From Macrostomum lignano (taxonomy: Eukaryota), in the NCBI GenBank assembly GCA_002269645.1, contig NIVC01002200.1, positions 124,001 through 188,000 on the forward strand: 64,000 nucleotides of DNA, in the 5' to 3' direction. The stretch's first letter is position 1. Every line of letters begins with the position of its first letter. Of the stretch, positions 24,162 through 34,864 are shown in pieces. The notes under the pieces were generated by a model. It made no database searches and was not told the origin of the DNA. It saw nothing but the letters and a program-made list of their open reading frames with translations. The position numbers were made by a program, and so were the translations under genes.

Positions 24162-25784
24162 TTAGCCAAGTGCATCGAGAAGAGTTTTTGCAGGGCGCCG
24201 CGAAACAGCGCTGCACTTCCAGAGCTTCGACAGAACCTCAATGGCTTCCAGAAATGATTCAATGCACGGGATATGCTGCAGATTGAAAGCCACAAAGCAC
24301 GCGGTGAAGCAGACAATGATGTCTCCAGGGGAGTCAAAAAGCAGCTCGGCTCCATTGATAGAGACACCGCACCAGACATCACCCTCACCCTGCTGAATGA
24401 TGTGGATGGGCAGCTCAGGCAAAAAAATGACTGATGGATTGCAGCCAGTGCGGCCAAGAAGAAGGCAAAATGCTGCAGCAATCTTCTTCTCATCGTCATC
24501 AGTGTCCACCAGGAAAGGCTGGCACATCTTGTAGTTTTTCATTGTGATTCTCTTTGGCCAGACACGCTGAAGAAGTGCTGTGCGGATGTTCTTGCCGATG
24601 TCGCTTGGCGACTCTGGCAGAATGTAGTCCGTTTTGGTGTTGCTTCTGTACGTGTCAATCATGAGGTAGGCCTCCTGCAGGATGACCGGGCAGAGGACGA
24701 GTGGCTTGTACAGGTTCACCTGCTCCTTGATGGTTAGTTCCTGGCAACGCAAAATTCTGACAGCGAAGAGATCCTTCATGGCTTCAAGGACGTCGTTGAT
24801 CTGCATTAGGTTGAAGCTCTGGTTGAGGGACTTCCAGGCCTCCTCATGCCTTGGTGGAACCTCGTCGATCTCACAGGAGCCCAGGTAGACGCTCTTAGCA
24901 ATACTGCAAGCATCTGACTGGTCCAGTAGGAGGCGCTTCTCTTTAGGCTCTTTGACTGGGTCAACGTCTTCTTCAGAATCACCGCCGTCATCTGCCACCA
25001 CCGCTGCTTCAATATTGGCATGCTTCTCTGCAGCGTCCAAGGGTACACGCTTGCATCTGAACTTCTCCCGGCTGTTTAAAACCATGGGACTGCTGCATTG
25101 GGGCAGGATCTTACTGCGCAGCTCTTTCAGTCGACGAGTAATCTTGACCCGCCAGAACTGACAGCCATCTGGTGAAGTGTCGCTGAGGCCCGGGTAAGTC
25201 AAAATAATTGCATTGCAAACGTCCCGTATCTCACCAGCGGATAGGTATGGGTTGCTCATTGACTTGTAGTTCCGGAAGATGTCATTTATCGTGTACTTCA
25301 GAAACGTATTCACAAACGTCGCTTTCATCTTAAAATCTTCGCCACGTTTCGGATTGCGACGCAGATCTTGCAGCGCCTCATCCAAGTCTAGCATCCGCGG
25401 CAGCCGGTAAAGAAGTGGCCATGGCTTACTTCCTTCAGCAGAAGCTGCACTTGTCGAGGCTGCTGCAGTCTGATCGTCAGGCGCTGTGTCGCCGGCAGTC
25501 TCGCTTCCTGAAGCGTCATTACTCGGCAGCGTAGCCACATTGCTAGCTGCTGGTGCTGGAGGTGCCCAAGCCTCCCCTTGATGCAGGAAGATAAGCTCGG
25601 TCTTGCTAGCTGCCAGGTCAGGCAGGAAGTCGTCATCATCCACCACAAAGCCATCTGCCGTGACAACCTGAATCTCGCAGGTAGTCTCCAGCTCCAGTTT
25701 TGCACATCCCTGCTCAAGAAGCTGGTTGAATGAGGACGGCTTGACTAGCCTCTTCCGTGAACCATCACGATTGGTGATTCGCAG
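24162..25784 (-). CDS. Transposon ORF2: N-terminal CIDE-N-like domain plus the helical domain typical of animal EnSpm accessory ('SAMD3-like') proteins
   Basis: The open frame extends from the acceptor TTTCAG|CTG at 25784 in frame with ORF 24162-25646. Motifs YPGLSD..G..FWRVKITRRLKELR and CF..F.AFNLQH..C...LEAIE. The start exon was not found. Confidence 0.75.
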   Translation of the reverse strand: MRITNRDGSRKRLVKPSSFNQLLEQGCAKLELETTCEIQVVTADGFVVDDDDFLPDLAASKTELIFLHQGEAWAPPAPAASNVATLPSNDASGSETAGDTAPDDQTAAASTSAASAEGSKPWPLLYRLPRMLDLDEALQDLRRNPKRGEDFKMKATFVNTFLKYTINDIFRNYKSMSNPYLSAGEIRDVCNAIILTYPGLSDTSPDGCQFWRVKITRRLKELRSKILPQCSSPMVLNSREKFRCKRVPLDAAEKHANIEAAVVADDGGDSEEDVDPVKEPKEKRLLLDQSDACSIAKSVYLGSCEIDEVPPRHEEAWKSLNQSFNLMQINDVLEAMKDLFAVRILRCQELTIKEQVNLYKPLVLCPVILQEAYLMIDTYRSNTKTDYILPESPSDIGKNIRTALLQRVWPKRITMKNYKMCQPFLVDTDDDEKKIAAAFCLLLGRTGCNPSVIFLPELPIHIIQQGEGDVWCGVSINGAELLFDSPGDIIVCFTACFVAFNLQHIPCIESFLEAIEVLSKLWKCSAVSRRPAKTLLDALG

Positions 25785-25905
25785 CTGAAATTAGAATTTG
25801 ACATATGAAGATGATTAAATCTAATAGGTAACACAGGCAAAACAGACATTGTGCTCATCTATTTCATCATCTCAAATGAATGTCAAATTCTAATTCCAGT
25901 ATACA

Positions 25906-26514
25906 CTACATGGAGAATAACAGTGAGATACAAATCTTCCTTGTTCCTTGAGATATGTTGAGATATGATATGTTCCTTGAGATATGAAATGTTCCTTGAG
26001 ATAATATCGGCACAGCATATCGATTGCTTGTAGTTGCAGTCTTATAATGAAAACCTTTATATGTGAGACTATTAGTAGAAAAGCAAAAATGGCCTATATC
26101 ACTTCTTTTGATTTCAAATTTTTCACATAATTTAATTTGATCTGGAAGAAATAAAATAGAATTAAGTTGAACAGCTGTTGAATGAGAACAATTATAATTA
26201 ATTGGCACAAGGTGCTTAATTGTTAGAGCTTTTTGAACTTGGAGCTTTTTTGCACATGTGTATGAGACATTAATATAATTCTTAGATTTTCTACTACTTT
26301 CTTTTACTACCCGATGATGGGCTTCACTTCTCATTGACCAAAGATAATATAAACCATTATAAAAAGAAAATAAAGAAGGATAATGGCATATATAATGCAA
26401 TTTGCATTTATATTTTGGATTACCCTTTGCAAGCTTATATATAAGTTCTATTTGTGCTGCAACTAAAAACTTTAAATAGTCTATACTAATTGTTTGGCTA
26501 CAAGATATTGGTGC
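25906..26514 (-). pseudogene. EnSpm/CACTA transposase C-terminal fragment
   Basis: IDYLKFLVAAQIEL...KCKLHYICHYPSL....LYYLWSMRSEAHHRVVK..KNYINVSYTCAKKLQ matches the K.H...HYP...W.MRFEAKH motif. Truncated 5' by the RTE. Confidence 0.8.
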
Positions 26515-28067
26515 AAAAAAAAAATAATAATAATAATAGTTACGCCCCACGCCAGCCACGGGAGTGGCCAAGAGGGGGGGAGCGTCAAATCGCGCGTTTC
26601 AGAGCCAGGTCTCTAATGTGCTTCACACCGGCCGTCTGGCTGGGTGCTCGCGCATCTTCAAAAAGGCGGTCGACGTAGCGGGCTGATCGTCCCTGACCAC
26701 GCCTGCGCGGTCCCTGCGGGGTCCACAGCAGGACGTCCTGCAGCGGCTCTGGGCAGTAGGCTTCGGCCCGGATGACATGTCCGGCAAGCCGCAGGCGCCG
26801 CTGACTCAGCAGGGCAGAAGGCCGCGTCAGGCCTGTGCGTTTGTACAGGGACTCGGTTGTCTCGCTGCCAGGGCCGCGGCGGGCGCCGAAAGCGGCGCGG
26901 ACTAGGGCCGCATGCGCCGCGTCGAGCTGCGCCTCAAGCGCCCCGGTCAGCGTCCAGGTCTCAGCATTGTACAGCAGGGCGGTCTCAACAACCGCCTGGA
27001 ACAGCTGGGACCTGGCGCCGTCGGACAGGGCCTCGGAGAGCAGCACCGCCCGCACAGATCGGAAGGCAGCCCAGGCCTTGCCGCGCCGTCTCGCTAGGTC
27101 GTCACCGACGTCCGGCACCAGTCCGCCGAGGTAGACGAACTGAAGGCACTTCGGGAGCGCCGTCCCGGGGCCGTCGCCGTCTCGAAGTCGAATCTCGGCG
27201 GGTAGATCATGCGGCATCGTCAGCACCTCGGTCTTCCTGGCGTTGATGACGAGACCGACCCTCGCCGCCGCCGCAGTCAGGCCGTCCAGCAGCCGTTGGG
27301 CGCCTTCGGCCGTGGAAGACAGCAGGGCGAGGTCGTCCGCGTAGCCAAGGACAGACAGTTTCTTCTCCGGGTGCCATCTACTGGTGCGCCTTTGCAGCAG
27401 AAAGCCGTCCTCTGATGTCGGCAGGCCGGTCCTGAGCACCCAGTCCATCACCAGCACGAAGAGAAAGGGCGCCAGAGTGTCACCCTGTAGCACTCCGGAG
27501 GTCGTGCTAAACAGGTCCGACGGTCCGTCTGGCGTCGCTACCGCGGCGGTGGTGTCCTGATACAGCGCCATGATGGCGGAGATCAGCTGCTGCGGTACGT
27601 TGTAGGCACGGAGCACGTGAGGCAGCGCGCCGCGCGCCACCGAGTCGAAGGCCTTGAGGAAGTCAACAAAGATGACGATAAGGCTTGACTGGTGGATGCG
27701 CGCCTCCTCGATGATGCGGCGGAGGGCCAGGATCTGCGTCACCGTACCGCGATGGGGGCGGAACCCGTTCTGCTCGTACCGCAGGAACGAGTCCAGCACG
27801 GGCTGTAACCGTGCTAATAGCACCCGGTTGAACAGCTTCGCGGTACAGGACGTGAGCGAGATTCCACGATGCTCCTCCTTCCGTGTAGTGCCCGGCTTCT
27901 TCGGGATGCCGACGATGTTGGCCTGGGTCCACTCGCGGGGCGCGGGGCCTCCCGCCAGGACGCCGTTCATCACGCGGGCCACCTCAGTGGCAACCCTTGT
28001 GACTCGCAGCGCCTCGACGGGGACCTCGTCCGGGCCGGGCACTTCATTCTGGCACTTCCAACCTTGT
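26515..28067 (-). mobile_element. 5'-truncated RTE-clade non-LTR retrotransposon with an uninterrupted RT
   Basis: PGPDE, RGISL, QNGFRPHR, FVDFLKAFDSV, GVLQGDTLAPFLF, GYADDLALL, RRLRLAGHVIR. Short 3' UTR with a (TTA)n+T tail. High GC. 5' junction approximate. Confidence 0.92.
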
Positions 28068-30283
28068 GCAGTTGATTGCACCAATCCACTTGCGGCAATT
28101 GATTGAAGTGCGCTAAAAAATGCAATGACTTCTGGCTTTTTGTTAAATCTGTTGTGTCCATAAACCAGGCTGAACAAGTTCTGTATAAATTATGAAACGA
28201 AGCATGAAACAAGTTTTATTCAGTTTTGATTTCTGAATAATTTAAGTTATTCAGCTACAATTACAAATACTATATGACTGTACAATTCAAAATGTTTAAA
28301 TTTAATGATTGACTTTTGCAATAGATTTATTTGCAATGATTCTATGTAGTTCTATTGTTTATTGTCTATTATTAATATTTGTAAAACATAAATTTAGTAA
28401 AATGCTGGACTTACAAAGTCATACCATGAAGAAGTTTGAAAAGCTTATAAAAATACTCACCTCCACATGATCCTGAGTCAGTCTTCTAGTACAGACATAG
28501 TCAAAGCTATCCATAAGGATTAGAGATTCTGCCAGTTTTGAGATTGATGCAATTGAAGTCAGCCACAGGCCTTGAATTTTGTAGTCATTTTTGCAGCACG
28601 ACAGCCTAAAGGGTGAAATATCCGGCTCTTGACAAACTTGCTAAACTGCTGTAGGCTTGCTAGTTGGTCATAGAATTTTTCCTTAGAGATGGGCTGCTTA
28701 TATTCCTTGCCAAATACATGAATGGAGTTTAACATGCCGGATACACTGTCAACCTCATCAGCAAACTCGGCTGTCTGTAGAGCTTACTTAGGCATCTCTT
28801 GATGATGAACAAGAATTTTAATCCCACTGGCATTCGAGTGGCTTAAAACTTGAGCAGCCAACAAGACTTTCATCTTCTAGGCCATTTGCAAATTGAAATG
28901 GGTGTCATCTAACTTGTTTGCCAATTTCAGATGAAGACTGCTGTCTATATTATAGAAGCAGACAATGTGTTGCCACTGAGCCACCTTACAACCATCAAAT
29001 TCGATATTGTTTTTGATGAGAGCGTTTCTCAAACTTTTTAGTCAATGGGGCACATCAATGAAAACATAAGCTGCTTCCTTTGTAATTGGATGGCACAGGA
29101 ATGGTCTTTCTGGACTGTTTTGATAAGTATGCCCACTGTGTTGTTTCCTGATCTGCAAAAATAGTGACAACTCGAATTCCTGCATTATGACTGGCTGTCA
29201 AGCACTCGTTAATGGCGTTTTCAAATCCTTCCTGACACTGGGGATCTGTAAACCGGATAATAAGCAATAGTTTGTCTCCAGTCTCGTCTAACACCTTGCA
29301 GTACACCAACTACAGCTTCGTTCACAACTGGAGGAAAACACTTGCCACTGCCTCTGGTCTGCTTAGATGCAGGGTCAAAGCAAACAATCTCGTCGCAATG
29401 CTGGTCATATCGAATTGAATATTGATGAAGACAGACTTCAGAAGACAGACAGATGCGTTCATGGTCAGGTGCTGTAGTATTTTCTCAGACAAGGAGCGCA
29501 TGGTCATGCTGCATACACCAGTAGTGCTGAAGAACAGCCGAGTCCGCCTCTTGATCAAAGATTCCGACGGAATCGTCAAATTCCAGTTGCTTCTTAGCAA
29601 TCAATAAGCAGCTGGACTCTTGTGCCGCAGTTGTATCGCCGATGATATGTCTCGGTTGGACCATCGCATGCCATGATAGTGTCTGGGCTCGTGCTAGATG
29701 AAGCTGAAGCTTATTTATCGTCGCTTGATGGTTGCAGAGTTGCTTTTGCAGCTTTTTTACTTGACTGGATTGGAGCGAAAATCGCAGTTGCAGCGCTCGA
29801 TCTCTGTTGATGCATGTAGCTGTCACATCAGGTGCCCGCTTCGAAGTGCCTGGAGCAGCTGCAGTGTCCTCCTCAGCATCCCACCTTGTTAGAACAGGCG
29901 GATATAGTTTGTCAGCGTCTGCATCAGTCCTTGTTATCTCCAGCTCGCTTTCAAGCTTTAGCCGGGGCAGTACTAGCAGCTTGTTTGGTACTGCACTGCA
30001 TTCCATAGCAATCGAGTAGATGCCTCATGCCGAAATGTGGGGCAGCTGTAATCTGAATCGTCGAAATGTGCACTGCAGACTTTCAACTCGCGCTTTCGAA
30101 TCGCTGTAAGCTCTAAATCCAGCTCCAGAATTCCTTTCCATCGAGTAGCCACCGCGTCATCTGCAGGGAATCTGTACATTCGCACTGGAGTTCCAATATC
30201 ACAAGTGTATGCTTGTGTTGTGTTTGTGCAAGTGGCTGCACAAACACACTTTTTGAGCTAAATGTAGAAGTTTGCGTGGCCAT
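28068..30283 (-). pseudogene. THAP9/P-element-like transposase with frameshifts, a stop, and an intron at 28460-28181
   Basis: THAP: CAATCTN..MYRFPAD..W..VCSAHF. Core: W(R)QTIAYY, KMKVLLAAQVLSHS (preceded by TAG), TAEFADEVD, TRRLTQDHVE|NLFS across a phase-0 GT-AG intron. Confidence 0.85.
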
Positions 30284-30482
30284 GACCTAGCCTAAAGTCA
30301 GGAATGTATACTTTAGAAGATTGTACATATGGTTGAAAACTTCTTTTCCGATTGATTTCGTTTTAGTCACTGATAAGAATGTTTATTATGATTTGCATTT
30401 ACACTATCGTCCTAAGAGTAGTATCATTTTTGGTCCCCACATCGAGATAGGGAGTGACCTATCTAGTTATATAGTATCTGTG
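28068..30482 (-). mobile_element. P-superfamily (THAP) DNA transposon, 5' portion, decayed
   Basis: 5' terminus CACAGATACTATATAACTAGATAGG at 30482-30458 and a THAP transposase pseudogene. The 3' end is missing. Confidence 0.85.
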
Positions 30483-30751
30483 GTAAAAACCTGAAAAAGC
30501 CACAAAAACATAAAATAACTTGTATATCAGTGTAAGAAACCTGGACTTGGGATCATACCTGTACAAAGTTTATGTCTAACTTTCTAAATACATGTGTGTT
30601 TTCGGTGTATTTTACTTGTGTAACTAAATTTTCCTAATCCTTACTAAATCATTAACTGAATTCCAATGTAAAAAACTGGGAAATCGGTCTGAAAAGACTG
30701 GCTATTAATAATAATGGATAAAAATGTTCCTTACTTTTTCCTCATGAGCAG

Positions 30752-32862
30752 GAGATCCGTCACGACAATCTTGATGGCATCGATCGCTCAGTGTCAGGCT
30801 GCTATACCCATCTGCTGTTACGCTGTCGCACTTTGTCAGCCTACGCGGTGACCATCCCAGGCGACAAGCTCGGCCAAGATGTCTATCAGTCTCTGCGCAG
30901 CCTGTCCGACTTGCTCACCAGTCGTCGAGCTGTTGAACAGCGTCTCTGCTTTCAGTTTGTCTTCCGCCTGCCCGGCTGTGCCAACGGTTGGGAAAAGTAC
31001 AATTTAAATCGGCCTAGCAGCCTGCCGGACACTTGCGATCCGACCGATTGGCGGCTTAGCCTAGCCAATGCCGGTCAGAAATTGTGCCCAGGATATCCGG
31101 ACAGTCTAATTGTGCCGGCCAGAGTGTCCGACAGTCAGTTGGCCGAGTCTGCCAAGCATCGGATTGGCGGCCGACTGCCAGTGCTGGCCTATCTGCACCC
31201 GGCTAGTCGGCGTTTCTTATTGGTTGGCGCCGGCGTTGCCAATGACAACAAACGGTGCCCGGCCGATTTGGCCGTTCTGGCCGCAGCTCTGGATATCAGT
31301 TGCCGGCTAGCAGGTGGACAGCGCCTGTTTGGCTGTTTGGTTGACACGAGATCAGCTAAGGCGGCTAAGGCTGAAGGTGATTCCGGGCGATTGCGTCTCG
31401 CTGTGCTTTGGCTGGGATTATTTGCTGGCTGCCTTAGTTACCTGTATTTGCTCTCTTTAAGCTGTAATGTATCGTTGGTTATGTTTTGGATGCTGTAATG
31501 TTTTTATGGTTTCTGTTATGGATGCTGTAATGCCTCCTTTGTTTCCAATATAAATAGGCCTGTGTGTTAAACAAATCGTGCTTGATTACATTATACTCTA
31601 ACACTTGGCTAATGCCTCTCCTAGGTGGCATCGAGCCGCCACAGCACTACAACCAGTGGCGCGCCCGCTACCTGGACCTGCCCCCAGTCGGCGATCTGCT
31701 GACCTCTCTCTGCCGCCTCGTCGGTTCGTTGGCCGCCGAATCGCTGGACGCCGGGCTCCCGCGGCAATTCAAAAAGTCCGAGTCCAGCAGCGGAGGCGGC
31801 AGTGGCGCCGGATCTGCAAGCAGCGGCGCGCCGCACTGGATGGACGCGTTGCAGCGAACCCTTGACGCTGCCAACCAGCTGGCCGGCCTGTTGGACGGGC
31901 CGGCCGCTCGCGAATTTGCCTGCGTGTTTTTGCACGGCCGAACTGGCCGCGACTACAGCCTGCTGCTGGCCGCCCTGGTGCAGGTCATGCTGTGCCCGCT
32001 GGCTAGGCAGTTCGACGGCTTCTTGGTAGGCTATTGGCGACAGCTTGAAAGCTTTTAAGCCTCGCCAATCCCCCAGTGTACACAGGTCATTTAGACCTAG
32101 ACCTCACCCATCCCAAATGTACACACAGGCCATTTTAGACTCAGCCCTCACCTGATCGCAAAGCACATTCCTCAGGTGTGTGCATTATAAAAGCGCACAA
32201 TCGGTGACTCTATTCTGAATTTAACCCTCTTTGCTTCCCTGCCCGCCGCGTCACAGGCCGTCATTGACCGCGCATTCGTGCAGTTCAGCCACCCGTTCCA
32301 CCGCCGCTGCGCCCGCTCGGCTCTCTACAGCCTCCAGCCGCAGCAGCAGCAGTCCTCTCAACAGCAGCAACAGCAACAGCAGCAATTGCTGCAACAACAA
32401 CAGCTAGCAGAGTCTGCCCCAGTCTTTCTGCTCTTCCTAGACTGCTGCCGCTGCCTGTGCCGTCAGTATCCGGCCGCGTTCGAGTTCAGCGAAGACCTGC
32501 TAATCAGCCTGGCTGAGAATGCCTACTGCTCAAACTATGGCACCTTCTTATTTGACGATTGCGCCAGCCGTGCGCGCCTGCAGGCCGCCGAGTCCACGGT
32601 GTCGCTCTGGTCGCATTTCGACCAGCCATCGATTCGATCCAATTTGATTAATCCCCTGTACAACCTGCGACGGCCTGTGTCGCAGGCTGTTCTGCTGGCC
32701 GACACCCGGCCGGCCGAGTTGACGCCCTGGACGGAGCTCTATTTGGGCGCCGTGTGCTGTCCTCTGGCCGAGGCGCCGCCACCCAGGGAACGATTGGCCG
32801 CTAGGCTGGCCGATTCCTTGCAACGCGAACGAGAATTGGAGGAGCGGCTGGCTGGATTGTGA
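30752..32862 (+). CDS. MTMR9: MTMR9-like pseudophosphatase, exons 2-4 (30752-31376, 31625-32025, 32257-32862)
   Basis: GRAM-like EIRHDNLDGIDR..LLLRC, YPDSLIVPA, GGRLPVLAYLH, DTRS, HY.QWR, HPF.RRC, APVFLLFLDC, YPAAFEFSE. The catalytic loop reads LHGRTGRDYS, with no Cys. Splice phases are consistent. Confidence 0.88.
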
Positions 32863-34864
32863 GCGCTTTTTAATTTAATATGCGCGTCTGTCTACTAGCA
32901 TAAGTAGTGTGATTTTCAATTGAGGCTTATTGTGTTTAGAGCTTGAGTCTTTCCTGTCGCTTCTCCGGTGGGGTTGCTGCTACACTTTCCTTTAGATTGG
33001 CTCCTGATACCCTCCTTGATTGGCTGCTGATACTGATACCCTCCTTGATTGGCTCAGCTGATACCTTCGTCGCTGGCTGATGCAGCTACTACCAATTATC
33101 CAGCACGTGTAGTTTAAAATTAACTCAAAAATTCTCCTTTCAGAAAGCGGCAACAGCTTTCGGATAATTCAACTGACGGATGCGCTGCTTAACTAATTGG
33201 ACAGACAACTATAGACAGACAAGCTGAACTTTAAAATTTAGCAATAAACCCATTCGCCGCTCTATACACATACAATAAGTACATTACAGAGCAAGTACAT
33301 TACAGATGAATGAAAATGATCGTGATTTCCTATAAATATATAGTGTCTGATGATGAAATTATAAAAACAGTACTTTACTTACGTATTTCTATTATTCACT
33401 TGTTTCGCAAGTATATTTCTGTATTCCATGTGTCTTTTAAATAAACGAAACGAATAATTTAGTCTTGTTTAGTTTAAATCAACATATCATCAGCATTTGA
33501 AGCCTGCTGTGTTCTTGACGGTCCCTCATACGGACTGTACAGCGGGCCCCAACTTTCTAATCTTCAGGCATGTACACTCTCTGAGTTAAACATCTGCCCC
33601 TGACTATATTATCCATGTAATTTAAGGTGAAATTCACAGGAAAAAACTGGAAAATTTTCACTTAAAACTGGTAAAACAACGCACGTCGCTACGGTACGTA
33701 TAGCCGGTGCCCAGACTCGCACGCGCCACGTGCTCACAGCTGTGATGATGATGATTATAATTATTATTATGAGTAAATATAGTAAACACAGTTTATACGT
33801 AGAAAGCTGGACGATACGGAGATTAAATCAGAAGTACAGTGCAACATGAACTGGGCCATCAGTATTCAAATATATACAACTCGAAGCGGTTGTTGTTGCC
33901 GCTGCAATGAAAAAAAGAAACCTAAGCATAGTCAGCAGCAACATGTTAGAGTTTCCACCCCGGAAACCAGTTCATAACTATCTACTCTCTCCTTACCAGC
34001 CTCAGCTGAGGCCATGTGACGCAGTTGAGACGAGAATCGTGGGCGTAGTGAGTAAAGTTGACTGGTCAGCCAGATTGGATGCTCCGAATATACTGCTACT
34101 AGTAGTTTTGCTTTTCAGTACTAAATAGTAAGATAGGAGACGGCAATTAAAAAGTGGATTTAAAATATTCAGTAAAAAACGCAGTCCACACAAATTCAAG
34201 TAGTACATGCAAGGCAACTTGAGAATGGAATGTGGATTTTTCTTCTCGAATTAAATACGTGTTAAAACTGAACTTGTGATAGAAATATTGGGAATGCAAT
34301 TAATTTTGAATTGACAGCGTCACAATGTATTGGAATATGCGCTGTCCTGATTCAATCAACTGTACTGATCATAATTCAAGACGCATCTTAAAAAATGATT
34401 TGATCAAAACAGAGATTCTAATAATAAGAGATTTTACCTTAAAAACGCATGGGAGATTCCAAGAAATAAAATTATTAACAAAAGCTAACCCAATAAATTA
34501 ATATAAGCTGTAGAACATTATTCAAAAAATTAGATTTCAAAGTGGCTATTAAAGTGCAATGTGGAGTCGGAATGTGGAAGTTTTTAAAGAAAAGGGTCAA
34601 GTTCGGCCTAGTATTACAGGTAAGGTAAATTACGCTATGACTACCTGAACAGTCGCTTGTGTTTTCAGTTAGAAGCTTATTAAACTAGTCATTTCATTAC
34701 AAGCTTTCATACTACTTAATAAATAGCTTACAACAAAAAACCTCTAATGATTCTGTTCCGACTGTTAAAAATACCCCTAAGAGTTGAAACGAAATGGAAT
34801 ATAATTATGTATACAAAAAAGAAACAGGTGTCAATCAGAAAGATTAGTTCTCAACAAGGAAATT

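Larger units (their letters stand above)
23429..26514 (-). mobile_element. 3' part of a CACTA/EnSpm-like DNA transposon
   Basis: CACTGTAA terminus at 23429, GGTCC-rich subterminal repeats at 23445-23750, accessory ORF2, and a transposase C-terminal fragment. The other end is absent. Confidence 0.8.

Noticed and set aside
26510-28075. TGCAC as a target-site duplication of the RTE
   Set aside because: The two flanks belong to different transposases (P upstream, EnSpm downstream), so it cannot be a simple TSD; chance or microhomology is more likely.
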